The position numbers were made by a program, and so were the translations under genes. A stretch of DNA of 62,797 nt, filler included, from Sphaeroforma arctica JP610 (Eukaryota): assembly GCF_001186125.1 (NCBI RefSeq). It is 4 parts of 3 records of this genome, joined end to end, with 100 filler letters (N's around TTAATTAATTAA, not from the genome) between each part and the next. Parts side by side here need not be neighbours in the genome. Positions count along the whole stretch, not along the records: positions 24,603 to 41,352 come from NW_014040525.1; 3 more parts are not named here. One strand, written 5' to 3'. Numbering within the stretch: the first letter of the stretch is position 1; the number at the start of each line of letters is the position of its first letter. Positions 24,966 to 39,045 of this stretch are shown here, piece by piece. The notes beneath the pieces are model-generated. The model was not told where the DNA came from. It searched no databases and saw only the letters and a program-made list of their open reading frames with translations.

Positions 24966-26251
24966 TCTGGTTACAAGGGTGATCTAGGCAGCAAAATCTA
25001 TGGCTCAGCAGATGTAGTAGCCGACCCTCTAACAGCCAAACAGAAGGTCATCATTGGCTTGAACGGACTCACAGACGAGGACAGGGATACCGCTGCGAAC
25101 GAGCACTTCAAGGGGTAGGTTTGACACTTGGTATCAATGTATCTGTACAACTGATCTATAGATTTGAACATCTGTATATGTATCCACCTGGACATGTATC
25201 AAGTGCTTCATTTGTTTGCTCTACTGATTTTGTGTTCGAATCTGCTGTTGTTTATGGTACATTCGATGTCTTGATGATACTAAGAAGATTATACATCTAC
25301 ATACTTGAATATCTATCTACCTGGCTGTGTTTCGAGCGCTTCACGCATGTACTCTATAAATTTATCTCGTTCTGACCTGCCGTTGTTTATATTGTGTCCG
25401 ACGATTTATGATACGTTAGGAGTAGGGTAGCTCGACACGTTGGCAGGCTAGCATATCGCTATACATCGCGTGCGTATATCATCTGACTTGTTTTTTTTGA
25501 ACTCGACCTCAGAACGACTGTGTACGATCGTGTATGTTGAAATATACTTCAAATGGCTCAGTATCCGCCTCTTCGTTTTTGTTTGCACATTTGTCTAGTG
25601 TGTACGCATTCAAGAATGAATCCATTCTTTGGAATACGGTAGACCTAATTGTACATTCCCCAGCCTAAGACTAAACACATGCGTTCGATGGGCTCGTACT
25701 TCTCTACAGGTACCTACAATGGACCGATGTCATCCGCTCAAAACTGGTGGATCACGTGTCAGAGAATCTGTCGAGCTATCCCAAACTCCGCATCAAGTAC
25801 AAGGTGTGTGCGCGAGGTGCTTGTTCGTGTTGGTGTTTGTGTTATTGTCTCGGGACGCGCATGAAGGTGACCGGCTTTTAAGATGAGGTACAAGTCTATG
25901 CTCATCTTCAGTTGATATTATTGTCTTATATATCAGCAATGGGAGAACAGACCCGAGATGCTGCGCGAGATGCTGGACGGAGCATCTTCCAAATGCATCA
26001 AGTACAAGAAGGATGAGCAGGGTGACAATATCGAGGAGAGCGCCTACGGACAGATGGACAAGAAGATGTTCTACAAGCAGAAGGATGGCAACGATAAGGC
26101 ACCTCGTTTGACTACTGAGTTCGACAAGGAGGTGTATGAGAACATGCGTGGTATCCGCTTGAACCTGCCTCACTACAACATTGAGGGCGAGAAGATGGAT
26201 CTGGAGACGACTGAGTTGCATAGAAACGATGTGGTCTCTGTCGAGGTGCAG
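24966..26251 (+). CDS. Unknown spliced protein, partial; exons 24966-25114, 25710-25803, 25937-26251
   Basis: Three GT-AG-bounded exons splice in frame: SGYKGDLGSKIYGS...NEHFKG/YLQWTDVIRSKLVDHVSENLSSYPKLRIKYK/QWENRPEML...HRNDVVSVEVQ. Start and last exon are unresolved. Confidence 0.65.
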
Positions 26252-28363
26252 GTGTGTGACCTACAGGACACAGTATTATCCTATCAGTACATGTGTATAC
26301 ACCGAGCCGTGTTCTAGTATAGTATGCAAATGAAAGTGTGACCAGGTGTAGGTACGAGCACTATAGTACAAATAGTATCCGAAAAGTTCACAGAATCGTT
26401 CAAATAGTTATGCATATAGGTGCATAAATCATGGTACTACAGTACACAGCATTGTCTAAATAGTATACAAATACGTGGAAAGATTATGATACAGTGTAGT
26501 ATGCGCAGAATTGATGCATGGTGTTTCCGCCGAGGTGCAGATATATATCAAGTCCAGTCTTCGTGCATGGGGACATAGTTTTGTTTCTTGGCTTGTGTAT
26601 GGAGAACTGTATCTGGTTCATGCTGTCCATTCAGTTAATTACATAATCCTGTCCTGTGTCTGGGTGTGTGTACAAGTATCTATTCCACCCCCTCCGGGGT
26701 TGCTTACACTGTATGGGGTTTCAAACTAAACCGTGCTGTGTTTATACCAACCTGTGCAGATCACTTCATCTATGTACGAAACTTTCTTTGGCCTCAAGAA
26801 CAATCTGAGAAGCGTCACAGTCTTGCACAAGTTCCAACGAAAGGGTAATAACTCAACCTTCAAGAAGCAAAAGTCGCCATTTGGAAAGTAAGTATTCCTC
26901 AGGAAGATACGCAGCTGAAACGTGACAGTGTAAACGTTGTACCGAAAATCTCAATTTTTATGATAGGATGCACGAATGATACGTGTTTAGTTTTGAATGT
27001 TTGCATGCGATATATACGAGTTTCCATGAACTCTCAATTGTGACCATTCGGAAATATCTCATTTACGCACGCTAGTGCTCGATTATGTTTTTATATTTTT
27101 CTCATTCTCTTAGGTTTTTTCAGATAGCGCATTCCTTCTCTTAGCTGAGCTTGCTGATCCGATCTTATTTATGCTCTTAGTTTAGCGTGCTGAACTTATT
27201 CGCATATCTTTCTGCTCCCGTATAAAAGCGATTGACAATACCTTCACGACCATGGCGTGCTCTTGTGTGCTGTTTATGTTGCTGTACATGTCCATTCCAC
27301 CCATAATATTACAAAGCATCGAGTGACTTGCCTCGTGAGCGCGGCTCCGAAGATTTGCTGTTTGAATTTATATGGCTCTATTTCTTTTTGAAATGTTTTA
27401 AGCATTCAGGCGTCAAAGACAGCTCTTCTGCTCTCTATATGTATACATTTTTGGCTCACCGCCGAGGGCTTCGGTGTGTTCTGCATATTCGAATCCTGTT
27501 ACTAATCCTAAAAATTCTTATATTTTACGCACAGCTTGTCCGCGATCTAAATAGCCACCTACTCATCTCAGTGTGACGGATCTATCTACTCTTTTGCTGC
27601 AATGGCAGTGAACACAGATGTCTGTATGATTTACAAAACTCGAACAGACGTGTTGTTTAGCTAAAGGCATAGCGGACCCGATTATATGGATAGATATTTT
27701 TAGTTTCGTCTTATTTTGGAACGAGGCCTTTTGGTAGTACATCCCATTTAAAATATATGTATGATAGTTACGGTATTGAATAGAAAGACTGAAGTCTGCC
27801 TTCATGAGAATCCGCAAATACTTTTGGCTTAGAAGGACACGTTTTGTGGATAGACATTCCAGACTATATATATCCATATATATGTAAATGATAGATATTC
27901 TAGAGCCCTCGCCTCATGAGCAGTCAATGAACACCATTTTGGCTTCGATAGACAATGAGCACGTGATGTCAAACTGGATGTGTAGTTGACTCGATGCTAT
28001 ATGTATGTATTTTTTTAGAATAATCATTTCGGTCCGGAGCAAGACCAGTTTGTATCCAATTCGGAATGTAGTTGTTGTAGTGAATGTCCAAGATTATATT
28101 TCCTGCGGTGAGTCAGAAGTAATGTCACTCTCATATCACTAAATTAGTATATATGGTACGTTGAATAGTCCAAAGTAACCACATTGTTATCCATTAATTA
28201 TAAGGCAACAGCAATAATAGCCATGTTGTAGTATATATAGTAACAGGTTGAATTCGGTAGTCGTAAATAAATATAATAAAAACTGGTTGCGGATAAAGTG
28301 TTTCATTTATACATGTACATATAAATATTGATGTAGGTATATGTGTATATGTACATGTATATA

Positions 28364-28397
<34 letters not shown>

Positions 28398-28979
28398 CAC
28401 ATTGTGAGTATCTTATTCAATTCACGAACAGTTTAGAATGAAATAGCCGTATACTTTATATTATAATTATATTAAATAGTAATATAATAGCTTACAAGAA
28501 TATGAAGACTGATCACCTCATATGTCTACTATCAGTCCCCTCTGGTTGCTGACACAGAATAGTTAGGTATACACCAGTTCACGATCTCCTCTGTAGACCG
28601 TCACTGGCCATCTATTATTTTACACTGCTTTACAACTAACGCTATCACTCAGTTTATGTTCAGGGTTTATTGATACATATGCACCAAGAACTGGTATGTA
28701 TTAAACCCATATTACATGACACAACACTGGCATTCCATCGCAAAAACCAACCCTCATACAACTACATGAATCATCGTTGTACGTGGACGACACACACTAT
28801 GACCACATCTCTGCAACACGGTGCCGTAATCTCCCTCTGACCTCAAGCCGAGTGAAGTTCCAGCCTACATGACAGTCTAATCTATACCGCACAACTAAAA
28901 TTCGCCGCCAAACTATCGTCGCGGAATCTCCGTCCCATCCAACGTTAACGGAAGCATACCCTAGGCCCGCAACATCTTT

Positions 28980-30400
28980 TTAGATATGTCGTTTCCCGCA
29001 AAAACCACAATTAATTGAATATGCGTTACGGTACAAGTCACGAGGCTGCTGCAGTGGAAACTGCTTCAAAATAAACTTATCATGATCCTCATGCAAGTAT
29101 ATGTGTTTAAACGAAGCCGACGCAAAATGCGTGTCAGTAGCGACAGTATCTGCATCCCACCAGCCTTCCCATCTGCCCCAAGCAGAACTCTTCGCATCAG
29201 CCCAAATCCGAGCAGATTTCGTACGCCGTAACCGATGACTTTTACCTCTGAGCAATTTCCTTCAAGGAGAACTATACAACAACCAGGGCTTATAATCCCT
29301 ATGCGGCTTGTACCTATCCGCATTCTGCTGCTCAAGTGGCGGCATTTCAATGCCTTGAACGTGTTCTTTAAGCTCATCCAAAATGAAAGGCGAATGACCC
29401 CTGGCGCAACTTCAAATTTGAGCCGTAAAGATGAAATCACTTCAACAATCTGAGCTGGCCTAACTTAACGTGTAGCCAGAGTATCCTGCTTCTCACGTAC
29501 CCTGTATCGAAACCACCTGTAGCAAACACCAGTACATCTACACGATGTACATTTTCTGCTTTATGCTGGAATTCCTGTTCTCGCCTGTCACAAACGACTG
29601 TCACTGCATCTAGAACCATGGCTTCTATACCACGCTCAGACAGCAGCTTCTTCAACATCCAAACTTGCAACTGATTACGCTGCACAGGAAGGTATGCTCC
29701 GTTTTATAGAAATAAGGTGATAATTTAGTAGCAGAGTAGAGTTGGCCAAAGCATTTAGCGTTTAAGTAGCAGCAATCTCGCGCCAAAGCCAATCCTTCGG
29801 AATGCGAATATTAAAGGACCTCAGCTTTCCCATTGCCTTTAAAGTGCTGATCGATACACACAAAGTAAGAAGGAATCTGCTGTGCCTTACAAATAATGTC
29901 CATGCCATAATAGTATTGAGCACCGAATCCGTGTCCATCGTAATCTGTTGCGGGACACCCAACGGCAAGACCTGCTCTTCAAGAATCTAACGATATCACA
30001 CACCATTTGTGATATCCGGACAAAAAACGCATACAAACACCATCCGCTTGAGTGTATCATCAACAAAAATGCATGTCAATTATTGCCATGGCCGAATCTA
30101 GTTACTCCGGCCGTTGTAAATCCAAGAAATCTGTTGACAGGGTCCACAGCTACGACGCACATGCTCATATTGCTATCGCAACAAAGTCCAACCCATGGTT
30201 ATTTATCAAGTTGCACAAAACGCGCCGACGTGATGTACGTGAACAACTCAAACTTGTACCGCAGCACTCGCTTGACCACAGCATCATCCACTTCGATACC
30301 ATATAACCCGCGACACACGTCCTTTGGAACATCTCTTTCCGTACGTGGACCAAATTTAAAACCCATTCAATTGCTCACGAGAAATTTCCAACAGTGCAGA
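28980..30400 (-). mobile_element. Highly degraded element, possibly the APE-endonuclease region of a non-LTR retrotransposon
   Basis: Broken minus-strand frames with NNHGLDFVAIA (similar to the LD++.+.ET start of APE) and RSFNIR (similar to GDFN.R). No intact motif. Confidence 0.3.
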
Positions 30401-33340
30401 AGGGAACAGTCAGCTTCCGACTCACCTGGAACAATTCGCTCCGCCTTTGCCTGAGTAGGCGTCGTCATCGCAACCACGCGCTCCTGATGTTCCTCAAAAA
30501 CTTACTCAGCCCGGGCAAGAGCGTCCTCCAAGACAAACACATCCGGCATCATGGTACTGATCATATAGGTACGTGACTCTACCACGTGCTCTACTTCCTT
30601 CATCATGAACCTACCAAGCGTATGATCACGGCCACAACGTACAGGTTTTTCTACAATACCAGCCACTGCAGATGCAACCCGGTCCTATGCGTCAGTGCTT
30701 TCACTAGCACACTTAGTAAAGGACGATCAACTTGTGCGTGACTGCGTGTTGTTCAGAACTTCAGAACTTCAGAAGTCTCCGCTCAAAATTGAAAGTTGCC
30801 ATAGCCTAAAATGAAACGGTTCATTTAGAAGGCTATGAAAAACTGAAAATGCCGTAAATATGTAGTGAGAGAGTAGAGACTGAGAATCACCGTGACTGAG
30901 AGCCAATACAATCATCAATTTCATCATAGAATGGGGGTCATTCCAGGTTTCACATAGAATAGTTTCTTTACGGACTCGTCCGTTCTCCCTCATATTTTTA
31001 CTTTCCCTACATATTCTATTTTGTTGAAAAAAAACAAAGGTGCTTTTCTAAATATTAGGCCATAATGGCCATTAAATATTTATATTGAGTTGCATAACAG
31101 GGCGTTAAAATAATTATGAGCCATTTTTCTGAGTCACTCCTATACCTCGGACAAACTCTTGTACAGAGCTTTATCTAGTTTAGTTTGCTAATAGTCCAAT
31201 AACCGTAGTGTACAAACCTCGGACTACAATAGTGTATTTTAGTACTTAGTACTTAGTCATACAGTCGAGAGACTCGAGACCGTCACACACACACACACTC
31301 TCTGAACATAAATATGTTGTAAATAGTAGATTTTATAGAAGTTCCAATATCCCATGGACCCAAGGGGCCATGCCGGTACATCAATTCTCTCTAGAGTAGA
31401 GACTAAAATAGAGTCTGTAATATAAACTTGGTACTCGGATAGGAATAAAGTTTTAATCGTTTTTTAAATATCCTTTGATGGGTCTCTATAAAGATTTCTG
31501 CCTCTCTAGCTAGAGTAATAAATGGTAAATACTAAAATACTAAAATAGAGACTGCAACACTGCAGAGTGCAGAGAGAGGGAGTCCGAGTCTCTCTACAGT
31601 CTACCACTCTACGGCTCCGTGAGTCCACGCCGGGCGTAGAGCGGTTGCGGCCAACGATTCCCGAAGCTCCGTTCAATATAAAATTAGTAAACTATTATGT
31701 ATGCGCCATCAGACATCTCACTTGTCAACTCTCGAGTCTCGTACTCTCTCGTCAACTCCATCAACCAAAACAATATTTAAAATTAAAACATGCTGATGCT
31801 TGGCTTTTCCGACTGAACTATGACGCCACTCATGCAGTGACGTTATTCGTTACGACATAACGGACGCAAGATCCCTCATCCCACTCATCCTAGAAATTTC
31901 TAGTTCCAAAACTGCCATTATTTTTATTATTATATTACTATTTAAAAAATAGAATAAATAAATAAATTTAGATTTTAGAGGGCCATGAAATAAAAAACAA
32001 TATCACAAGAATTATAATATTAAAAAAAATCAACTTTTTAGAAAAACGTTTTAGAAAAACGGATATGTATAAAATTAGAAATACTCCAAGACTCTACATT
32101 TGTTCTGTAATCTGTACGGCTCATAGTCGGCTGACTCGGGTTTTGTTCAAAAAGTACTCATATCAAAAAAAACAAAATGACTAAAAGTGCCGGACAAGTC
32201 TTCAAGGTTTGTTCTGAAATAAATAATACGAACAGAAAAACCAGTTCACATTCCACAAGCCGGACCGAAAACAAAGAAACAAAAACAGCAGAAAAATATT
32301 ACAATATGGAGACAATATGCCCATATTTACGATAAATATATATGAAGTAGAGTCTATACTTTCAATATTTGTTTGCTCGTTTTTTAAAAATAAAATGCAT
32401 ATTACATAGCCTTTTTCTAAATATTCATATTTATATTTATAAATGCAAGAGCTGCGGACTCCGAGTGCCGAAGGCTAGTAGGCTTAATGTGATATAATCA
32501 AAAAAGTCGCCAAATGTCCAATAGGATTGCTTATCGGTGGCGAACATATAGCGACATACCTATTTCCTTAGCCTCCAAAAATTCAACTTGATTTCACACA
32601 ATTCTATTTTTGTAAATATAAAATGCTCCACCGTGGGCGTGTTGTGATTTTTTGTTGTTGAATTGGTGATGGATGGAGTCGTGGACTCGGTGAACTTGAG
32701 TCTTCTTGGCTGTCGCACAGTCGCGGTGGTCACTGTGTTTCTGGGCTGTCATGGAGTCGTGGAGTCGTGGACAGTGGTGAGTGGTCGTGGACTCATGGAC
32801 TTTCAGTTTAAGTTTCTAACGATCGATTTTATTATTATTACAAAAAGTATTGAATGTTTTGTTTTTGAAAAAATAGAGAATGAATATTTAGAAGCTATAT
32901 AGTTTCCTCCAATAGTATTTACATTGTGTAGAAGGCAAAAAGCCAAAAACATTTATGTGTTATTATTGATTAGGCTGTTGTGGAACTTCAAACGCCCTCC
33001 CAGACCCTGTACCGTTGCAATAATTGCATTCCTCTGCCGCGTCCAACAAACTGAATTGGGGCAACTTAATATTTAGTTCGTTTTTTTTATAACAAAAACC
33101 AAACAGTTAAAATTAGGCCGTATTTATTGTTTTTCATAGCCTTCTGAAACAGTGAAAATAAATAGAACAGAATAGCCTTCTAAATTGAAACACAGAAGGC
33201 CCAAGCCCGCATCAAGGCTGTGTAAATAATTTTTTGGTTTTCATGTTTTTATAAAAAAAACAAATAAACAAAAGGGGGATTGCCGTTTTAAGTTTTCACA
33301 ATTCACACGTTATTATTTAGATTAGCTATCTTAACTTCCT

Positions 33341-33392
33341 CGACACTCGACACTCGACACTCGACACTCGACACTCGACTGAGTCGAGACTC
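33341..33392. repeat. (CGACACT)n 7-bp tandem repeat upstream of the ZIP gene
   Basis: cgacact repeated 5 times, followed by cgactgagtcgagactc. Confidence 0.85.
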
Positions 33393-33528
33393 TCGGAAAT
33401 GAATAAATATATATAGTCTGTGTATCCCCTTGAGATATCAGAAAGTGAGTTGCTTTTATTTCAAAAAGGAGCCTACATCTAATTTGAAGTAAAACAGGTC
33501 CAACCCAGTTCACTAATATACAGGCAAG

Positions 33529-34721
33529 ATGGACACAGTTGATACATTCAAGGTCATAGCAATCGTCGGCTCATTTATTACAGGGCTCGCTGGCCTGTTG
33601 GTCTTACCTCTACAGTCTAGATTGGACGACTCCACATTTGATGTCTTCGTCAGTTATAGGTATGATGGGGTGCAATCCTGCAAGTGTTTAGGCGAATATC
33701 TAGCTGAGTAGAGCACGGTATATATATATATATATATATTGCAAATTAATTTTCTGATTGTTCTCACTTATCTTCACACTAAAACAGCAACGCGTTCGGG
33801 GGCGGAGTGATCCTAGCTGTGGGACTCATGCACATGCTGAGCGATGCTAACGAATCTCTATCTGAGTACTACGATTACCCGTGGGCGTATTTCATGGCTC
33901 TGGTAGGATACTCGATAGTGTTTTTAATCGAAGACGTGATGCTAAACAAGCTTCTAAAACGATTTCGCGTCGTGTGTGAGATCAACAACATGGGCGGAAT
34001 CGCTCACCAGCACGGTCACAATGCCATCGGCCACTCGGCAGATGTAGTCGGCAATGTCAACCCGTCCAATGCCGAAGGAAACAATCGCCACAGCGCAGTG
34101 GAGTTGGACGATACTGATGTACAAACGGGTAAGAGAAGCGCTGCCATGGGGTTGGAGAAGGACCACATACATGGCAAAGGGGATGAAGCTTCTCCGTCGA
34201 CTGTTTTCGGTACCGAGATGAATAGCACTCTGTTGCAGGAAAAGTACACTCGGACCTCGGCCACCTTGCTGGCCTTCTGCCTCCTGGTAGCGATCAGTTT
34301 TCACTCATTTTTTGCGGGGCTGAGCATCGGTGTAATGACAGAAACATCAGATGTTGTGGCTACCTTGATCGCTGTGATTGCGCACAAAGGCGTGGCCGCG
34401 TTTGTACTCGGACAGTCCTTCCTTCGGTCGACTCTCAGCAAGCTTTTAGTGATCTGTCTGCTGGTTTTGTTTGCGGCCATGACACCCGTGGGGGTAGGTA
34501 TTGGATGGTGGATCTCTAGTATGAGTGACGAAACGGAGAAGCTGTCCGGGTTTGTAGTGAGTCTAAGTGCTGGTACTTTCATTTACATCGGAAGTCTTGT
34601 GGTTAAAGACACTCCAGATCGCCTGACGCCCAATCCCGAAAAGAAGGCCGGTGTGTGGAAGCGGTACGCGTTGTGGTGGTTCGGTTGTATTTTGATGGCT
34701 GTGGCCGCGATATGGGCGTAG
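33529..34721 (+). CDS. ZIP family (SLC39/ZRT-like) zinc/iron transporter; exons 33529-33659 and 33788-34721
   Basis: SNAFGGGVILAVGLMHML, YPWAY, His-rich loop (HQHGH), ISFHSFFAGLSIG (TM4), IAHKGVAAF (TM5), MTPVGVGIG, SAGTFIYI. One phase-2 GT-AG intron. Confidence 0.95.
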
Positions 34722-37179
34722 GAGCGCAAGCCATGTGATACTATGTACTTGAAATACTGGGTATATTACTAGCTACATATTCGCTGCTACCCCGTGGCCT
34801 GACAACATACAAAACGTAGTTGGCATTTAAACAGCGATGGTTGCGAACAGAGCCACTGGAAGATTTTGAGGTCAGGAGAAAGGAGAGAAAACGGCTACAA
34901 TATGAGGGGGTGGTGGGTACGCACGAAATTATTTGGTGGGTACGTACGAAAATATTTAGCTCAACAGCAAGATAGAAATCGCTTCATCGGCTGGGCGGTA
35001 GGTATTGAAAGAAAGTTGCTTATCAACGTCTTAGACTGTTTATTATTATTAAATGAAGAACTGACTTTATATTCGGTTTGAAAATGTGTTAAAAAGCAAG
35101 TACACTCGCTAACAGCGAATACCCATTTCTTCTTAGGCGTACTCTAAAAGTTATTTGGTATTACAACTCCTGAGATGCTTGCCATAGAATTACTTTTTAA
35201 AACATCAGTCACTTAATGGAGAATTTCGGAACTGATTACGACATATATACATATATATATAGTTATATTGTTTATANNNNNNNNNNNNNNNNNNNNNNNN
35301 NNNNNNNNNNNNNNNNNNNNNNNNNNNNNNNNNNNNNNNNNNNNNNNNNNNNNNNNNNNNNNNNNNNNNNNNNNNNNNNNNNNNNNNNNNNNNNNNNNNN
35401 NNNNNNNNNNNNNNNNNNNNNNNNNNNNNNNNNNNNNNNNNNNNNNNNNNNNNNNNNNNNNNNNNNNNNNNNNNNNNNNNNNNNNNNNNNNNNNNNNNNN
35501 NNNNNNNNNNNNNNNNNNNNNNNNNNNNNNNNNNNNNNNNNNNNNNNNNNNNNNNNNNNNNNNNNNNNNNNNNNNNNNNNNNNNNNNNNNNNNNNNNNNN
35601 NNNNNNNNNNNNNNNNNNNNNNNNNNNNNNNNNNNNNNNNNNNNNNNNNNNNNNNNNNNNNNNNNNNNNNNNNNNNNNNNNNNNNNNNNNNNNNNNNNNN
35701 NNNNNNNNNNNNNNNNNNNNNNNNNNNNNNNNNNNNNNNNNNNNNNNNNNNNNNNNNNNNNNNNNNNNNNNNNNNNNNNNNNNNNNNNNNNNNNNNNNNN
35801 NNNNNNNNNNNNNNNNNNNNNNNNNNNNNNNNNNNNNNNNNNNNNNNNNNNNNNNNNNNNNNNNNNNNNNNNNNNNNNNNNNNNNNNNNNNNNNNNNNNN
35901 NNNNNNNNNNNATTATATAAATATATCATATAGGTTGCAATATATATATGTATATAAATTATACATATATACATAAGATTAGGGTTGCTTCTTTCGTAGG
36001 GACCAAAATTAACAGTGGAGCTCTGGGGACTGTGTGGATCGAAAGGTGACCACTGGCCAGAATTCAGAGTAATAAGAGGTGTGCTATCTATAAAATGAGT
36101 GCACATTATAAGGTTTTTTTTTGTGTTCATAAGTGTGCAAGTGTTCAGTATTTATATTTATGTAGCCTCCATTTTTAAACTAAAAAGTGTATATTTTAAA
36201 TTTAGAAGGCTACGTAAAAACTAAAAAGGCTGTTATCGGTTTGTATTGTATTTGAAAAAAAATAAATCATCTATGTTCAGTGTTCGCGTCATCAGTTTTT
36301 GCTGTTTAAACTTTTTTTTATCTCCGGGATCATATTATCCCTGGTTCTGTTAGACTGTCAATTATAAGAGCTATGAATAAGTACTTTATTGTGGTGCCTG
36401 CCTCAAAGCATTTAGGACCGCCCTAGTCGAAGTAAAGTTGTTTTTCACTAAAGTCGATAAAGTAAATTCTAGTAAAGGCCAACAGTCCTAAATTCGACGT
36501 GGGTGGCTCAAACAGTGCTCCTATAATATTCTGAAGGACTTTGCGTCAAAATGTGTTTACGTAGAAATCAGTTTTTCATATATTCTTTCCAGAAAAGTGG
36601 CTTGACATGATTGGTTGATATTCATATACAAATATTGGGCGGGCTTTCTCTCACACACCGGTGAGATATCACAAATACACACAAATAAACACTCAAAATC
36701 ACATACAAAAATTTCATACAGCAGTTCTGCATAGGTCCTTTTGCACATAGAAACGTCTATAGCAGACGTACAATGTACTCCATTCTAATAAGGTTGATAC
36801 TGAGCGATAGCGGTGAGTGCCGAAGTGTTTATTGTCGATGCTTTCGACACAAAGCTGTCTAGGCGCGGAGAGATGCGCATCTGAACCAAGATGCTCCTGT
36901 ATCTCTCCTTGTTCCATGGAGTGGCAAGAATGGGGCAATGGGGAATCAAGCGACAGAGTGTTGGTGCAGTTTACACCTAGCAGATCGGAGTTTAGTTTGT
37001 ATGGGTTTGTAAGTAACGTGCGGCGTGCTGAATTGGTGGAAATAGATGAGATGGAGGACGTCGGGGAGTCTCCAGAGTTGATTGACGACAGTGATAGCGA
37101 GAACAAAGACGATTATGATATTCATAGTTTTTATACAGATAGCAGCAGCGACGATAGTGATGTGTCTGAAGATATACGC

Positions 37180-37524
37180 ACACGTAGTCCAACACATCGC
37201 CCTGGAAGACAAACACACAAAGCTATGCTACTTGTTGTGACAGCAATAGCATGTTTGTTATCCATGATCGGAAAACTGTTCAAACACGCACGACTGGGTG
37301 TTTTTTTTACCGATATCGGCCCACGTTTGAAGAGGTTACTGGCCACTCGCTACAAATGAATAGCTTTGATACGGACTTACGCATGAAATTTGGCTTGTTT
37401 CTAATACTTAAAGAAGCAATACGACCAGTGTGTGAAAGAGATCAGCAGATGGGAAACTTGCGTAACGGTGCTATTGCTATCGATGTACAGCTAGCGTTAA
37501 CACTTCGAATACTATTGAGAGGTT
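37180..37524 (+). mobile_element. PIF/Harbinger transposase N-terminal remnant, truncated at a LINE
   Basis: FDTDLRMKFGLFLILKEAIRPVCERDQQMGNLRNGAIAIDVQLALTLRILLRG matches the HARBI1-like F...FRM...F..L...I...I....LA.TLR.L..G segment. It is frameshifted and ends at the LINE 3' end. Confidence 0.6.
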
Positions 37525-39045
37525 TAGGGATAATATTATTTATTTCAAAAATGGCAAGTATGTATGACACAATGTATGAACATATGGCATGACTCGCATA
37601 GTCGATGTAGTGGTTCAGGAAAGATTGATGGGAAGAAGTGGTCAGTAAATTCCCGTTTAAAGATTGGGCCAAGTGAGTCGACAATGGAAGATATGTGCTG
37701 AGTCAGTTCGGGCCGGTGTTTTAGAAAAGATCCAAGGTGTTCGTGGAGGGTCCAGATACCGTGGAAGTCGTGGCACTCCTGTAATTGCTGAAGGAGGTCA
37801 GGGCCAATGGGCGGCAGTTTCGGGCCTACCAGGATGCGTCGAATCAGTTGTTGAATGCAGGTAAAGTGGCTGATAGTGAACTTGTGGCTACCGGGGAAGA
37901 CAGGGCAGAGACAGCCGTCGGTGCGGTAGTCGAGCAATGCGAACATGTACGTATTCGTTACAATCATAGCACAGAGCTGTATTGGTGTAGACTCGAAGCA
38001 GCAATTGAAGCTGTCGTGTCTGGCTGTGTCTCGGTTTGAGGTTGGCGGTTTACCCATAACCAATTGGTAGTAGTATTGGCGCCGGGCCATTGCCACGATC
38101 TCCTTGTTGGACCAACGTTTTGTTGAGTTCTTCCTGATGTCGTCACAGCGTTGGCGAAGGGCTACATGGTCGGGTGTACGCCTGCCCGTGGTTTTGTGTA
38201 CAGTTTTCAGGTGAGCATAAAAACTGTAGCCCAGGCGGGTTGCGTCAGAGGGGTATGTGGATTTGTGCTGGCCATTGAGTCGAGTTGTATTCCCAGGAAA
38301 CCTCCAAGGTAGTCCGCGAATGGTCGCGCGGGGAGCAGGCCGCAAAAGTGAAGTAAGTTTGCTTGATGTTTGGGAAACCGAGGGTATTTAGTGCCCTTGA
38401 TGATGGCTGCTGCTTGGATGAGTGCTGAGTTAAAGCGCTCGAATAGGAGGTCCAACGCATCCTTCCATATAGGCGGAGCACAGGCAATAATGTTCAGCCC
38501 ATATGTAGCCGTGGATAGGATGAATGTTTTGAACATCATCAGTCGGTTGCGGGGGTGTTGCCAGCTGAAGCCATGGAAGCTATAAGCGCGGAAAGAGGCG
38601 ATACCCAGTGAAAAAGCTGCAACCAGGGATTTCATATGTCTAGCGAGGTTGATTTCTTGTACTCCGTGAGAGAGTGAGAACCCCAGATATTTGGAGTGTT
38701 TCGGTTCGGCATGTGTGGGTGCCAGTTTCAGGGGAAGGTAACGTGTGTTCCAATGTGTGTCTACAAGCGTCGGCGTGATAAGCTCACCATTTATACGGAG
38801 GGTTGGCGCCGCGTGTCGCAAGTCGGTAGATCGTACTCGGGGTTTAATGACACCCTGTTCGAGGCCAGATTTGCGTCCCCACGCATCAATGTCATCTAAG
38901 AAGGGCCGGAGCGAAACCGATCGAGGGGCTTGGATCCGTATGTCATTGACGAATAAATAAGAAGGGAGGAGCTTGGGTCGAAATTGTGCTAGCGTGACAG
39001 CTAAGAAATCCATGTAGATAATAAAGAGCTGGGGACCATAGGGGT
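37525..39045 (-). mobile_element. 5'-truncated non-LTR retrotransposon (LINE): RT C-terminal half, Cys/His knuckle, 3' UTR
   Basis: GPQLFIIYMD (RT motif 4 end), LFVND (decayed YxDD), KYLG (motif 7), FKTFILSTATYG, C-terminal CLCP...FTISHFTC. Frameshifted. The 3' end is shared with the insert at 22145-22339. Confidence 0.85.

Noticed and set aside
33954..34582. Antisense ORFs over the ZIP, transaldolase and helicase exons
   Set aside because: Shadow frames of real coding sequence.
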